A stretch of DNA of 64,000 nucleotides from Camelus dromedarius (taxonomy: Eukaryota): NCBI RefSeq assembly GCF_036321535.1, contig NC_087436.1, forward strand, positions 93,250,001-93,314,000, given 5' to 3'. The translations under genes and the position numbers were made by a program. The notes under the pieces are model-generated. The model saw nothing but the letters and a program-made list of their open reading frames with translations, was not told the origin of the DNA and did no database searches. Numbering within the stretch: the first letter of the stretch is position 1; every line of letters begins with the position of its first letter. Of the stretch, positions 1 to 12,674 are shown one piece after another.

Positions 1-15
1 ATAGGCTATACTTAC

Positions 16-86
16 TCGCAGAGAAGGATTCCATTTTCTAACCCTGTCCGAAAATCTTTATCACCAAAACTTCTGCCAGTTACTTG
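16..86 (-). CDS. LIMCH1: LIMCH1 internal coding exon (calponin-homology domain; exon 2 of the long isoform), 71 bp, phase 0 in / phase 2 out
   Basis: Minus strand reads polypyrimidine tract TTTTCTTTTTTTCTTTTCCAG | CAA GTA ACT GGC AGA AGT TTT GGT GAT AAA GAT TTT CGG ACA GGG TTA GAA AAT GGA ATC CTT CTC TGC GA | GTAAGT. Translation [24 protein letters not shown] matches the LIMCH1 N-terminal CH domain as I recall it; the paralog LMO7 differs here. Canonical AG/GT. The ORF track misses it because it is a spliced exon. Confidence 0.96.
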
Positions 87-460
87 CTGGAAAAGAAAAA
101 AAGAAAAACAAGGCATAAATTTTTATTTTTTTAATCAGGAAGCTCAATGATCTTTCTTTCTTTCTTTCTTCCTTTTTTTTTTTTTTTAAATATTTAAGAG
201 CCTTGAAATAAAACTGGTGACATTCCAAGGATGGAGAAAATCTGTTAGGTCTGAATTTCCTTTCCATGTGTAGCTTTGCTTAGATTAGCTAATCTTAAAT
301 TTAGACCATTTCTTTGAAGCTTTTTTTCCTATCTAATATCTTATAAAATATCTGTTCTTCCTGATAAGGATGTTACTTTTGGGGTTTGGCCATGGTAAGT
401 CAAGGCTATGGCCTCTTTCATCCTGAGGATACAACCCACGCTTTCAAAAAAGCCTGCAGA

Positions 461-651
461 GGGGGACAGTACGGTAGAGTACGTGCTTAGCATGCACGAG
501 GTCTTGGGTTCAATCCCCAATACCACCACTAAAACAAGAATAATAAATAAACAAATAAATAAACCCGATTATCTTCCCCCCAAATAAACATTGTTGAGTT
601 AAGGTGATACAAGTTATTCCCTAACCATCTGAAATATCTCTTTAAAAAAAA
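461..651 (+). mobile_element. tRNA-Ala-derived camelid SINE (Vic-1-like)
   Basis: Head ...GGTAGAGTACGTGCTTAGCATGCACGAGGTCTTGGGTTCAATCCCC (B box), AATAAA-rich tail, poly(A). TSD AAAAAAGCCT[G/T]CAGA at 446-460 and 652-666. A-box region partly deleted. Confidence 0.9.
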
Positions 652-828
652 AAAAAAGCCTTCAGAAGCAGACTCAGACCTCTAACCTCAAAAGACTAAC
701 ATCAAGACAGGAAGAATAAAGCCAATATCCATAATAACATGGTGTGAAAAAGAAAAATAAAAGGTGGGAAAGAATGAAGTGCGCTGTGTCCTCTGGTTCT
801 TAGGAGCCCTTTGGTCTGGGCACCAGGG

Positions 829-885
829 CATTCATTTGTTCATTCAGTAAGTATTTATTGAACATCAACAATATACTAGGTAGGC
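829..885 (-). mobile_element. L2 3' end fragment
   Basis: CATTCATTTGTTCATTCAGTAAGTATTTATTGAAC is the typical L2 3' terminus in reverse orientation. Confidence 0.6.
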
Positions 886-899
886 ATGCATGCTATGAA

Positions 900-2490
900 T
901 TCTAAGTCAACCTCTAAAATAGCAAAACTTTAAAATACTAATAAGCCAAGGAAGGAGATTAAATGGAATCATAAAAAATACTCTAACAAAAAAAAAAAAA
1001 AAAAAAGAAAAAAAGTAAGGGTACACAGAACAGATGGAATAAACAGAAATCAAATAGCAATACTGTCAACTTAAACCCAACCATATCAATCAGAACATTA
1101 AATATAAATGGTGTGAATATCCTCAATTAAAACACAGTGATCATCAGATTAGATTAAAAAGCAACACCCCAACTATGTAATACCTACCAGAAGTGCACTT
1201 TAAACATAAAGATATGAATAGATTAAAAATAGAAGAACAAAACAAGATGCGCCATGCTAACACTAATCAAAAGAAAGCTAAAGTAGTTATATTAATATCA
1301 GACTAAGAAACATCTAGAACCAAGAATAATACCTGGACAGAGAAAGTCACTTTACAATCACTTTACAAGTCACTTCACAAAGGGTTTAGGTCGGCAGGAG
1401 GACATAACAATCCTAAACATTTTTACACCTAATTTTTAAAAAAAGATTCCAGACACATAGCCAAAACAGATAGATCTGCAAGAAGAAATAGACAAATTCA
1501 CAACTGGAGTAAGAGATTTAATACCCTTCTTCAATAACTAATAGAACAAGCAGACAGAAAATCAGTTACGATAAAGAAGACCTGTGTAACACTATCAACC
1601 AAATTGACTTAACTGACAGAATAAAGTTCACTGTGAACATTTATTGAAATAGACCAATTTCTGGGTCAGAAAACAAGTTCCACAAACTTAAAGAATTCAG
1701 TTCATAAAAAGCATGTTATCTGACTACAAAGGGATTAAATTAGAAATTAACAACAGAAATGTCTCCGAAAAAAATCCCCAACATTTTAAACTAAGTAATA
1801 CAATTCTAAACAACCTATTGATCAAAGGAGAAATCAAAAGAATAGAGTGTAATTTGTAGTGAAAGAATATGGCAATATAAAATGTATAGAAAGATGCTAA
1901 AGCAGTATGTGGGGGAAATGTATAGCACAAAACACCTGTATCAGAAAAAAAGATCTCAAATCAATGAATTCTGCTCCCACCTTAAGAAAATTAAGCCCAA
2001 AGTAAGTAAAAAAAAAAAAGGAAAAAATATATCAGAATTGAAATCAATCAAAAGAAAACAAAAAAGCAATAGAAAAAAAAATCAATTAAACCAAAAGCTG
2101 TTTCTTGGAGATCAATAAAATTGATAACCTTTGGTTTTTAGCCAAAAAAGAAAGACACACATCAGGGAAGACAGGATATGATTACAATTCTGTAGACATT
2201 AAAAGAATAATGAGGGAATGCTATAAATAAGTCTGTGCCAATAAATTCACCAACTTAGATGAACTGAATAAATTCCTAGACACATACAACCAAAGTTCAC
2301 TCAATGATGAAATAGATAACCGTCCCAAAAGAGAACACCAGGCCCAGAAGGCTTAACTGGTAAATGATAGCAAATAAGAAAGAAAGAATGCAATTCTGCA
2401 CACTCTTCCAGACAACTGAAGAGAAGGAATATTTCCCAATTCATTCTATTAGGGCAGCATTACCCTGATTCCAAAACCAAAGACATTATG
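900..2490 (+). mobile_element. Old L1 ORF2 fragment (endonuclease and following region), decayed with deletions
   Basis: A-rich. Recognisable L1 ORF2 segments such as ATATCAATCAGAACATTAAATATAAATGG, CACTAATCAAAAGAAAGCTAAAGTAG and CCCAATTCATTCTATTAGGGCAGCATTACCCTGATTCCAAAACCA. Many stops and frameshifts. Confidence 0.9.
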
Positions 2491-2544
2491 ATACAAATAC
2501 ACACACACACATACACACATATATAGACAGAGAGAGAGTGGGAG

Positions 2545-2675
2545 GAAATACGCCAACATCTTATCTCTTCATGGTGGGAATCAGATGTGATTTGTATTTT
2601 CTTCTTTAAAAATTTCCCTATTTTCCTAAAACTTTCTCCAATTAATACATATTATTTTAATCATCAAAAAAACCA
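2545..2675 (+). mobile_element. L1ME-like 3' end fragment following a (CA)n(GA)n tract
   Basis: GGTGGGAATCAGATGTGATTTGTATTTTCTTC...ATATTATTTTAATCATCAAAAAA resembles ancient L1 3' termini. Confidence 0.55.
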
Positions 2676-3802
2676 AACAAGGTTTTTTGGGTTTTTTAAA
2701 AGAGCAGTCTAAGGGAACTAAGTGTTCCCAACTCTTCCTTGTAAATCGAAGTTCAAGTTCTATTATAAAACAACCTGATGACCACTCCCACTAGAAAGGC
2801 AATTCACAAGCCAATATAACACATGGCCTCAAAAATATTCCTTTGTTAATATTCTCTCATTTTTATTTGAGGGAAGGAGAGAAAATAGATAAAAGGTAGT
2901 TCCTTACAGTTTGCAAATATTTAGCTTTTCCCCCAAAATAAAAAATTAAGAAAGGAATCAAAGAATAAAGAAAGCCTTTAAAAAGCTAAAACTTTCACCA
3001 CAGACTTTAAAAACTATAGCATTTTCTCTCCTGAATCTATTAGTCCTGATTTATCTTCTCAAAACATTACTAATATTCTCTGTAAAACTAAACTCTATTC
3101 ACCAAGAAGTGATTAGAAAGTTTTGAAAATATTTTTTTCAGGTCTTTACATTTTTGTTAAAAGTATTACAGTCTAGTGTAAATGGTGCTAACATTGAGAA
3201 CCCAGGATAGTTTAGCTACATCTCTTACAGAATCTCTGGCTAAGTTAAGCCAGGCCTCTGTCCATTTCCTGAGTGATAATGAGCAGGGCCTAGCGAGAGA
3301 AACACGAATGAGACGTGGCCGCTGCATGCAGAAAGCTCACAGACGGGTGAGGAAAGCAGATATCTAAACTCCTACTGTAAACAGACGGTAAGGTAACTAT
3401 TAAGATTATATGAAAATATTGGTGACCCATGGACCAACTAAAATCCCCATGTACTATTCAAAAATCATCTTGCATGTGAGGCACAACCACTAAAAAATTT
3501 TGAGTCAATTTAATAGTCCAAGGCCACCCTGCTAATTAAGCTGTAGCCTGATAAAATTCAATTTTGTAGGCTCCTAATCCTGGAGGTGGGAGGATGCGCC
3601 ATGCATTTGAAGGCAGGTGCTCATTTCCACCTCTGTTCCTCCTGCTCTGCCTTCTTCCAGCCTCTCTAGCACAGCCTTCACACTGCTCTCTACTGGTCCA
3701 AATGCTATCCATTCTTCCAAGCCCAGGTTATTCAGTGTAGAGGTACCTGGATGTTTGTTAGGAGGGTCAACAGCTAAACAGACTCCAGAAACTCAACAAG
3801 GA

Positions 3803-3983
3803 CTATGCCACTTAAAAGTGCAGTCCTCAGACCAGCAGCAGCAGCACAGCATCTTCACCTGGAATTAATGTAAGACATACAGGCTCTCAGTCCTCCCACC
3901 CTCTCCAAGACCTACTTAGACAGCCGTTTAAAAAAGATCCCCATGTGATTCACACACGAAGTAAATTTTGCAAAGCACTGACC
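3803..3983. mobile_element. MER5A-like hAT-Charlie MITE
   Basis: AAAGTGCAGTCCTCAGACCAGCAGC...CAGCATC...AAGATCCCCATGTGATTC...AAAGCACTG pattern. Confidence 0.7.
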
Positions 3984-4611
3984 TTGCATACTAAACTGAG
4001 CCAGCAGTTCAGAATCAGAAAGGGAGGACCTTCCACTGGAATCAGGATTCTGGATGACCTGTCTCAACGATCCCTCTCAGCAACATCATTACGATACATT
4101 CACAGGGTCACATATTGTATATTTTAACTATAAAGACTGCTAACTACTATTCCCTTTGTAACAGCATAAGCCATTGCTATGAAAACATAAAAACAAAAAC
4201 AAAAAACCAAGAAATAAAATAGTTGTCAAGAATCACCCACCATTCCCAACAGTCCATGAGCAGGAGAAATGAAAACAGGCTGCGAGACTGCACTAACCTT
4301 CCCACCTGGATCCCTACTGATGGAGGATTCTAGGTAACCTTCCAGATAAGACACTGGCCAAACCATCAGCTCATGATCACTCTCCAAGAGCGCAGAACAG
4401 GATGGGAAGATCAGTAGAGCTCTTAAAGAGGATCTGCAGTGGAGATCAGGGACGTGGGGTGGGTGGGGAGAGAGCCCCGGTTCAGGAGCATTCAGGGGCT
4501 AATGGGAAGAGCAGCATGAAATGTCGAGAGCACTTTACCATGCCTCCAAATCCGGCTCTCCACACCTTGCTGATGCTCACCCATGTGATCAATTAGTCCT
4601 ACAACTCTACC

Positions 4612-4965
4612 CTTGCAGTTGTTCAGCTGAGTCATGCCTGACCCCGATCTTTCATACCCAGTCATACCCACCAACAAATCCTGTTGCTTCACCCTTCAGA
4701 ATTTAGCAGAATCCACACACTTCTCACTGCCTCCACTCTAACACCTTAGTTCAATTTCAAGCCATTATCATCCTAACACCTAGATGGGAGTCTCTCTTAA
4801 CTGGCTCACTGCCTCCATCCTTGTCTCCCTTCCATCTACCCTCAACGCAGCAACCAGGGTAATCCTGTCAAGCTAGATCAAGTCACTACTCCACTCAACT
4901 CCCCTCTCCCAAATACTTCCCCATCCCATTTATAGTAAAAGCAAAAGTTCCTACAGTTTTCTAAA
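4612..4965 (+). mobile_element. L2 fragment
   Basis: Pyrimidine-rich L2-like motifs (AAATCCTGTTGCTTCACCCTTCAGAAT, CAAGCCATTATCATC, CTCTTAACTGGCTCACTGCCTCC). Confidence 0.7.
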
Positions 4966-6521
4966 GATATTCAAAGTGAAAAAAAAAAAACAGCTGCTAG
5001 GAGTGCATGGACAACACTATTGGATACCACCATGATTTTAAGAGTGGACATAATGAACTTGCATACATCTCCCCCATTCATGGGGGTCCTCAGAAGTATT
5101 TGTGCTGACAATTACATCACCAACTATGCCCTATATGTCTTTCAGGAAAGCCCAATATCAGATTTGTTTCCCCTACTTAATGGTTTAGGATTAATTCACT
5201 CTCATTCCTCCATCTGTTGGAGGGGCATGCTATGTCAGATTAAAATAGTCAGTGAATGGATAATTTACCAAAGCCTTAATGCTCTTAAGGAAAACAAAAC
5301 CTTTCTTCTACCTTAGCAATCAAACCAAAAGCAGAAGCAAGAGGACCTCATGATGTATCATCACGCTATTTTATGCTAGTAACTACTGAGTGATAAGCTC
5401 ATCTGTATTTGATTTCCTTCCTATAGTCTCTGAGTTTGTCTATCAATGGCACAGCTCTAAACCATTCAAAAAACTGAAATATGGAGGACTTTTAGAAAAC
5501 CAGTCTAATAAAGAAAACCCACACAATTTTATGGTAACATTTTTATGATGTGTTTATAATGTGACACATTATATATCATAATGCAACACTTTGCTAATTA
5601 CTTTGTCACCATTGTTACTAAGTAATCGCCAAGAACAAAGACTACCAAGAATATGTCTCTCAGCCTGATCACTACCAATTTATACAAATTGTACTTCAGA
5701 AATATTTTCATTAATCTTTAGTTTGTTTTTTTTTTTTTAAGCAATCTGGTGGACAAAGTCAGTCCACTAATAAACTGCAGGTCTGAAGACGATTTTCAAT
5801 AAATGTTGGAAACCCTACTATTATGATCTTAAGAAGAGATTCTATTGGCTGACAAAATAATGGTCCCTGTATTGAAGCAGTTGAAAAAAATACATAATTT
5901 ACTATACTTTCATTTAACTTTTGAAAGACAAGGACATTTTCTCTAAATTGTTCAAAAACAGGTATGCTTTTCAGAAGGTTTGACTTCCATCTATCAACAG
6001 TAAATGAAAGTCACACTCTTTAATTCACTGGAGAAGATTATTTGCAGCTCATTATCTTCACTTCTCTTCTGATCACACTTAACTTATTTAACAAAAAGAA
6101 CATTTCTGAAAATTTTTATACCTAAATTGTAAAATGAAGCAGAACAGAATCGCTCTTATTTTTCACACTTACTGAAAAATAAACCCACTGCTATTTCCAT
6201 CTCCGTAATAGTGTTGCTAGAAAAATCAAATCAAAATTCTACAGAAACTCTTCATAAACCGTCTTAAATCATACTCATCTAAGCCAGAATTAGCAATCAA
6301 CCGATCAATCACCTACCAAGTGCCTACTTCAGGCCAGGCAGTGCAAGAGGTAGATGTGAGTGAGACCAAAAATAACAAGATCTGGACCCTACCCAGTAAG
6401 AACCCACAATCCAGGGGGAAAGATAAAACATGACAAAACAGTAGTTGGTGTTGGAGGGAAAAAATGGACAAGAGCATGGAGCACGTAATCAACACAAATT
6501 GTACAACTAAAGAAATAGCTG

Positions 6522-6690
6522 AATGATAATAGTTTATATTTAAATAGCAATTTCCTTATGCTCTCTCTGTCCTAAGCATTTGCCACATATTAATTTATTC
6601 AATCCTCATAACAGCCCTATGAGGTGGGATTATTATTGTTCCTGTTTTAAAGTCAAGGAAACCTAGGCACAGGGAGGTTAAGAAACTTAG
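6522..6690 (-). mobile_element. MIR SINE
   Basis: AATCCTCATAACAGCCCTATGAGGTGGG...GGAAACCTAGGCACAGGGAGGTTAAG is the reverse MIR core. Confidence 0.85.
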
Positions 6691-7859
6691 AAAGGAGTCC
6701 TCAAAGGAAGGCGAGGAAGCAGGGCACCAGGCGGACGTGAAGACCTGCACTAAGGTTTATTTGAGCAAAGAGGAGAAGTCCTAAGGGCTGAGAACAGGGA
6801 GAGGCAGGGAGGAGGTAAGTGCCACAGTAGGCATAGCCCACCTGGTAAAGGACCTGTATGTCAGAACTGTGGGTTGTAGCTGAACCTGAAACAACAGAGA
6901 CATCGCAGAAGATGGGGCAAGGGAAAGGTTCTTTGGCAATTATTCTCCCCATTTCCCATGAACTCCTCATTCCTGAAGGGATGGTCCCAGAATGACTTCC
7001 TCATGGACTCAGCTATCCCCGTTTTACAGCCAAGGACCTTGCTTTTGGAATCACAGTGAGACTGAGACCATTCAGCCAGACTTTCCTTTAGCACCATCAC
7101 CCCTGGCCCCACACACATTCCTTAAGATTCCACCTCTACACATATCTTTTCATCTTTTCCTGCTAGCTCAAAATAAAGAAATGCACTTTCTTTTTCCTCT
7201 AGCAAGGCTCTGAATCCCATCCCTTCCTATCCCCAGGTGCTACCTTCATCTCAACCTTACCCCTCGCTCCACAGCATCCTTCATCTCTCTGCTGATAGCA
7301 AAACGATTTCCCTCTTTTCCTGAAAACCCTAATTCAATCCAGCCCCGTCAGCCACCGTCCTGTTTTTCTCCTTCCTTCCAGAGTCCGAATATGCAAGCCT
7401 GTACCTGTTACTCTTCTCATCATAGCTCAGCCACCTGTCCTCTTTGAATTCACTGAAGATTCTTAAAGGGTTAAGAGTCGACTTAAAATCTGACTCTGAG
7501 CCCCACCAGCACAAGCTAGATCATATGCAGATTAAGGAACTTCCACCAAGACTCAGCTTCCCCACCTACAAAGTGACAACTGTACCTCCTCCAAATGCAT
7601 GAAGAACCAATGGACTGCATAAGAGTAAATGAAAGTCAAACCCTTCCTACAGTGCCTGACCCACAGTGAGAGCTCAGTAAGTGTCACTGTCAATATTGAC
7701 AACAATGCTGGAATTGCCATGGATCTCATTCTTGATTTCTCTTCTTCCAGTACTCTTTTTGCAGATCTCTCCTTCCTGATCTTAAAATGATGCCATGCTT
7801 TACTGGTTCTCCTCTTCAATCCTAATACTGCCACACTGTCTGATCCAACAGACAGTTTC

Positions 7860-8860
7860 TCATCTGATCTCAATCAGTCTCCGCAGCATGACAGTCAACC
7901 ACTCCTTCCTTTTCAGACCACTTGCTTCTCCAAGGCCCCCCCACTGCCAGACACTCCTGGTTTTCCTTCTGTCTCATTCAGTAAATACTCCTTTCTCTGT
8001 TGCCTTAGGTAATTCTACTGCATTCATTTCCTAAGTGTAAAATATGATTCTTTTTCTCCTTTTCTTCACTTTTCCTTTGTTCTCCCTCTAGCCACACACT
8101 CCTCTTCCCTGAGAAGTCCCAGGTCTTTAAATATCTCACAATCATTCATTTACATGTATGGGTCTTTAAATATCTCACATCCATTCACATAACTCATCCA
8201 TGTTTATGAGTTTAAATATCTTGCCTTTATCTTGCATTTGACACCTCATACGTTTTTCTGTGTGGCATTGTCTATGTTCCTATGTCATTCATTTTCTATG
8301 TTGACCCTTCTTTCCTGAAGTCCAGAATCAAATATCCAATTTCTTACTCAACATCTCCACTTGGGTACCTAATAAATATTTCACACTTAACAAGATCAAA
8401 ACAAAATTCGTTATGTCTGTCCTCTGATCCAAGCTGTTCCACTTCTGGTCTTCTCCATATCAATGAATGGTACCACCATCTTCCATCGCTAGTGACATAC
8501 AGACACATTCAAACCATCAAGAAGAACAATGTTCCTCTCTCCAAATGTATTGTATTGGGGGGGGTAATTAGGTTTATTTATGTATTTTTTTATTTAATGG
8601 AGGTACTGGGTATTGAACCCAGGACCTCATGCATGCTAGGCATGCTGTCTACCACTGAGCTATATCCTCCCCCTGCCAAGATGTATTTTAGATCCATCCT
8701 TTTCCCCCTGTCTATACACTACCACACTAGTCCAAGCCTCTATCACCTCTCAGCTAAAAAACTGCACCAGCCACCTTTGTGGTCCCTCTGCTTCCTCTCT
8801 GGTCCCTCCACAAGCATCTCCCACACAGCATCCAGAGATCTTTTTATAGATCCATCCTGT
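7860..8860 (+). mobile_element. L2 fragment interrupted by a SINE
   Basis: L2 motifs GACAGTCAACCACTCCTTCC, ACTCAACATCTCCACTTGG, ATCAATGAATGGTACCACCATC, CTAGTCCAAGCCTCTATCACCTCTC. Confidence 0.75.
8552..8673 (-). mobile_element. tRNA-Ala-derived camelid SINE (Vic-1-like)
   Basis: Reverse complement reads GGGGGAGGATATAGCTCAGTGGTAGACAGCATGCCTAGCATGCATGAGGTCCTGGGTTCAATACCCAGTACCTCCATT followed by an AATAAA tail. Approximate TSD CCAA(G)ATGTATT. Confidence 0.92.
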
Positions 8861-8894
8861 GTCCCTTCTCACTACATCAGAATGAGTCCAAGTT

Positions 8895-9030
8895 ACATAT
8901 ACCACCTCTTCATTTTACAGATAAGAAAAAATAATGTCCTGAAAATTAAGTGACTTGCTCGAGGTCACAAGCTAGCTATCAGCAAGGATGAGTCTAGAAC
9001 CAGGCCTCCCTTCACCCAGGCCAGAACGTC
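8895..9030 (-). mobile_element. MIR SINE
   Basis: CATTTTACAGATAAG...AAGTGACTTGCTCGAGGTCACA. Confidence 0.8.
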
Positions 9031-9784
9031 ACTGCCCCACCCCACTGCCTTCTGAAGGCGCGTATTCTTATGGCAGTTACATTGCTACCCTCTCTTTAAC
9101 AACACTAGCTTCTTATATCTATTCAGTTTGGGTTGGCAAAGAAACAGCACAGAAGTCCAAGCCTAAGGTTATTTAATCAATGTTACCAGACCACATCCTC
9201 TCCAGTACTAGCTCTGAGTGGTTAATGTTGAGGATAATAAAATGCAATCTGCAGAATCCATTTATATTTTCATCATGTCATCAGAAAACCAGAAGGCGCT
9301 GTTTATAGCCCCAGATTGACAGACTCCACTGAAAAAAAAAATCTAATTAAAAATACAAGAAATGCTTAAAAGAACCCTGGGAGTGTTAAATCCTGACTGA
9401 GCCACTGTGTGCTCTAGATTACAGAAAACAGGGCAGCCCAGGAACGTGCGAGTGGGTTCAGCAGCAAGTGGGTTTGCACATCCTCAGGCTGTTCTCACCT
9501 TACAGAGGGACAGAACAGACCCGGTAAAGAAAGACTGGAGACACTCAGAGTGAGCTTTAACATAACATAAAGTATAGTGATTGACTTGAGAGCAAAGACA
9601 AAGAAGAAGCCGGAGAGAAAATGGGCTTGCAGAGTGCCTCTGGGCTAAATCCGTTGTCTCCACTTCAGGGAGCAGAGATAGCTTCCGCCAGTGTTATTTT
9701 GACCTCGGTATCATGTTGCTCCTTAAATAAATACTTCAATTCGCTGTTGATTTTGACAAATCAGTGTAGGGAACTGTCATCCAG

Positions 9785-9990
9785 CTCCCAGCACAGTGAA
9801 ACATAAAACCTCTGGATCCAAATTTCAGGTCTGACACTTAGGAGCTACGTGCCACTGGACAAATGGCTTGATTTCTCTGAGCCTGCCCCATAATCTTTAA
9901 AAGGTGACTGTAGGAGCCTGTTTTACAAGGTTATGAAAGGTTAGAAATTAATGAGTGGACATTTCCTGCTGATTGGAAGTGCTATCACTA
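9785..9990 (+). mobile_element. MIR SINE (diverged)
   Basis: GGATCCAAATTTCAGGTCTGACACTTAGGAGCTACGTG...TTTCTCTGAGCC. Confidence 0.65.
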
Positions 9991-10204
9991 TTTTGTCCCC
10001 AAGCTTCGTATCTAAGGAGAGGAAAAAACCCACATTGGAGAGTCTAAATCAGGTGGTTGCAATTTTTGTTCAGAAATATCGCTCAAGAGACAGTGAGGAC
10101 AGCTGAGGCAGATTTGCTGCTTCACAGATGGATCTGCATTGCAAGAGCTGGGTACAAAATCACACGATGCGACGGACTCCGATATACACTGTCTGGATTA
10201 AATG

Positions 10205-10685
10205 AGACCATGAGGAAACAATTGGGCAAATCCAGAAAATGACACATTTTTATAAGAAAATTGATCTCCAAGAAGCTAGTGTCATAACAAAAAGGGGAGA
10301 ATTCCTACCCTGAATAGGAAACTTAAGAGACATGACAACAAATTGCATTGTATGTGCCTTAATGAAACCCTAATTTAAAAGAAGATTTATAGATGATATT
10401 TTGGGCACAATGGGAAATTTGAATATATACTGGTTATTTGATAATACTGGGGCATTATTTCACTTTATGCAGAGTGACAATGGCATTGTGGAAATGCAGA
10501 AGAATGTTCTTATACCTTGGAGATGTACAGTAAAGTACTTAGGGGAAAAGGGGTCTGATGTCTGTAATTTATTTTGAAAAGGTTGGAAAACAATAGGGAT
10601 GTGAATATGTGTATGTATGTATGTAATAAGATATAAAAAATGTTAACAACTGTTACATTTCAAAATATTCATAATAAAATGTTGT
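10205..10685 (+). mobile_element. Ancient L1 (L1MC/L1ME-like) 3' UTR fragment
   Basis: ACTTAAGAGACATGACAACAAATTGCA...TTTTGGGCACAATGGGAAATTTGAATAT...CATAATAAAATGTT. Confidence 0.75.
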
Positions 10686-12674
10686 CTGGAGCTAGATAGG
10701 GCTGAAATTCATTCAGCAGTCCAGGGAAGTACTCAGGTTAAAAACCTGTCCAGTGCCCCTTCATCTGTTTCTAGGAGCACTTTCTCCTATTTGTTTTCAT
10801 TGACGACAGTCACTTACCAGTTCACCATCAGTCATCTCATTTATATTTAACCCACTCTCTCACCTGCTCACAACACAGAAATGGCTCTTGCCGGCCATCA
10901 AATCAACATGACATTAGTCCTGAGGATGGGAAGGAAGTTGGGGGCAAAGTTTGGCTTTCTGATTTGGGGCAAAGTATGGGAACTAGAGGCTGCGCCAAGT
11001 ACACACAGTCCTGTGACAGTTGTAGAGCTGTCTGAAGAACTGATCAATTTCACCATTTGATATTCTAATAACTGAATAAACTTTAGCTAAGGTTTCAAAG
11101 TAACCACAAAACTGTTGTATTTCGTCAGTACTTGGTATTTTAAAACACATCAAAGTCAAGTTAGAAAACTACTAAAATTCACCCAAACAAGTTATCAGAT
11201 TACCAAATGAAAACAGAACATGGTGAAATGTTCATTACACAGATGGGATGATCACACTTCAAACAGCCTGTCCTTTTAAAAGTTGGTATGACTTGGGCAA
11301 CACAACTACGGAGAAAAGCAAGGAAGAGATCACATAAAACAAGAAGAGTGATGTTCAGGAGAGAAGGAATTATCAGCGGGAGGGAACCCAGGATGGGCCT
11401 CCAGGGTGACAAAATTCTACTTCTTGATTTGATCTACTTCTTGAGTTAGTGATTCCAAGACTGTTCACCTTAAATAATTAACTAAGCTAGGAATTTATGT
11501 GGTTTTCCATAATTGTGCTACTAAGACCATTAAGTAATTGGTCCAGTTTCATACAGTAGGTGGCAGAGCCAAAACTCCAAGCTGGGCAATCTGGTTCCCA
11601 ACCCACGTTCCTAACCAGAAGGCTATGCTGCCTAAACATGCCGGTGTCCCTGCTGATTTTCCCGTATCTTAAGCTGAGTTGTAAATGAAGGTCTGACATC
11701 CCACCGCCTATGCCACCTTCTGTCTTCAACGTGCCTCTTTCTCAAAATGTGTAATAAGAAAATAAATCCCCAAATCCAGAGAAATGTCAAAACGTCTGCC
11801 CATATATTGTCAATTCAGTCAACACCATGGGGATGAAATAGTAACAATCTCTGTGATGTTGCTGGATTTTAATCTCTGTATCTAAAAAATCATTACATAT
11901 ATCCCAAGAATTCAATGAAAATAATGCTATATACAACTTGATCCCCTATAGGATAAAGAATAAATCTCCCCAATGGGGAGTGGAGGGGACTGGAAGGAAG
12001 GAAGACAAGATGCCTCATTTGAGACCATTAGTAAGCATTTCTACAGCAGAGTATTTCCCTACTTATCTCCCTCTGGTTCTTTAGACTTACAAATAATGGA
12101 TTATGGCAGGAAATCTGTTCTTTTGGCTGCTTTGTGATGGAGGCATCAGGTGGTGATCCCAGCCCACTAAACTGCCATTCATCACTGGGCCACTGACGCC
12201 GCGATGTGGCAGCTGCCACCAGTGAGGAAACAGCGCCATCTTGGTTTCCAAGGCAGTGAACATTGCTCCAGCACTGTATTTAGCTCTCTTTACAACGTTT
12301 CCTCCACAAGCGCCGTCCACATCAGCAAGGAAGGAGTCCTGTCTTCAGCGTGTCACCAAAAAACATAAGAAAACAGTATAATGCTGCACTACCCCAGGTA
12401 AATTAAAGAAAAAACAAGGCTATTTGTTATAAACCTAGTAGGTGCGATCCATGTTTAACCAAAAACAAAACAAAACCAACAACAGCCACCTACCATCTTA
12501 AGAAACCTCATTAACTAGAGGTAACCTCATTAAGAGACTAGAGAGAGAAAAAAAGGGAAAGGGGAATAAAAAGGTAACTGCGTTGTTGTTGGAACATGTG
12601 ATGTGCTCTAAAAGGACCTTGGTCATATTTTTAAAACCCCTTATAATCAAGCCGTTCTGCAAGATGGCTAGAGC

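Noticed and set aside
61..267. 68-aa ORF overlapping the LIMCH1 exon
   Set aside because: Wrong frame; mostly intronic low-complexity A/T tracts.
8598..8673. tRNA-Ala(AGC)-like sequences (also at 461 and 62366)
   Set aside because: They have SINE tails, TSDs and stem mismatches, so they are retroposed SINE heads rather than tRNA genes.
8282..8953. Longest ORF (223 aa)
   Set aside because: Runs through an L2, an antisense SINE (MEVLGIEPRTSCMLG...) and a MIR; a chance open frame with no protein-family resemblance.
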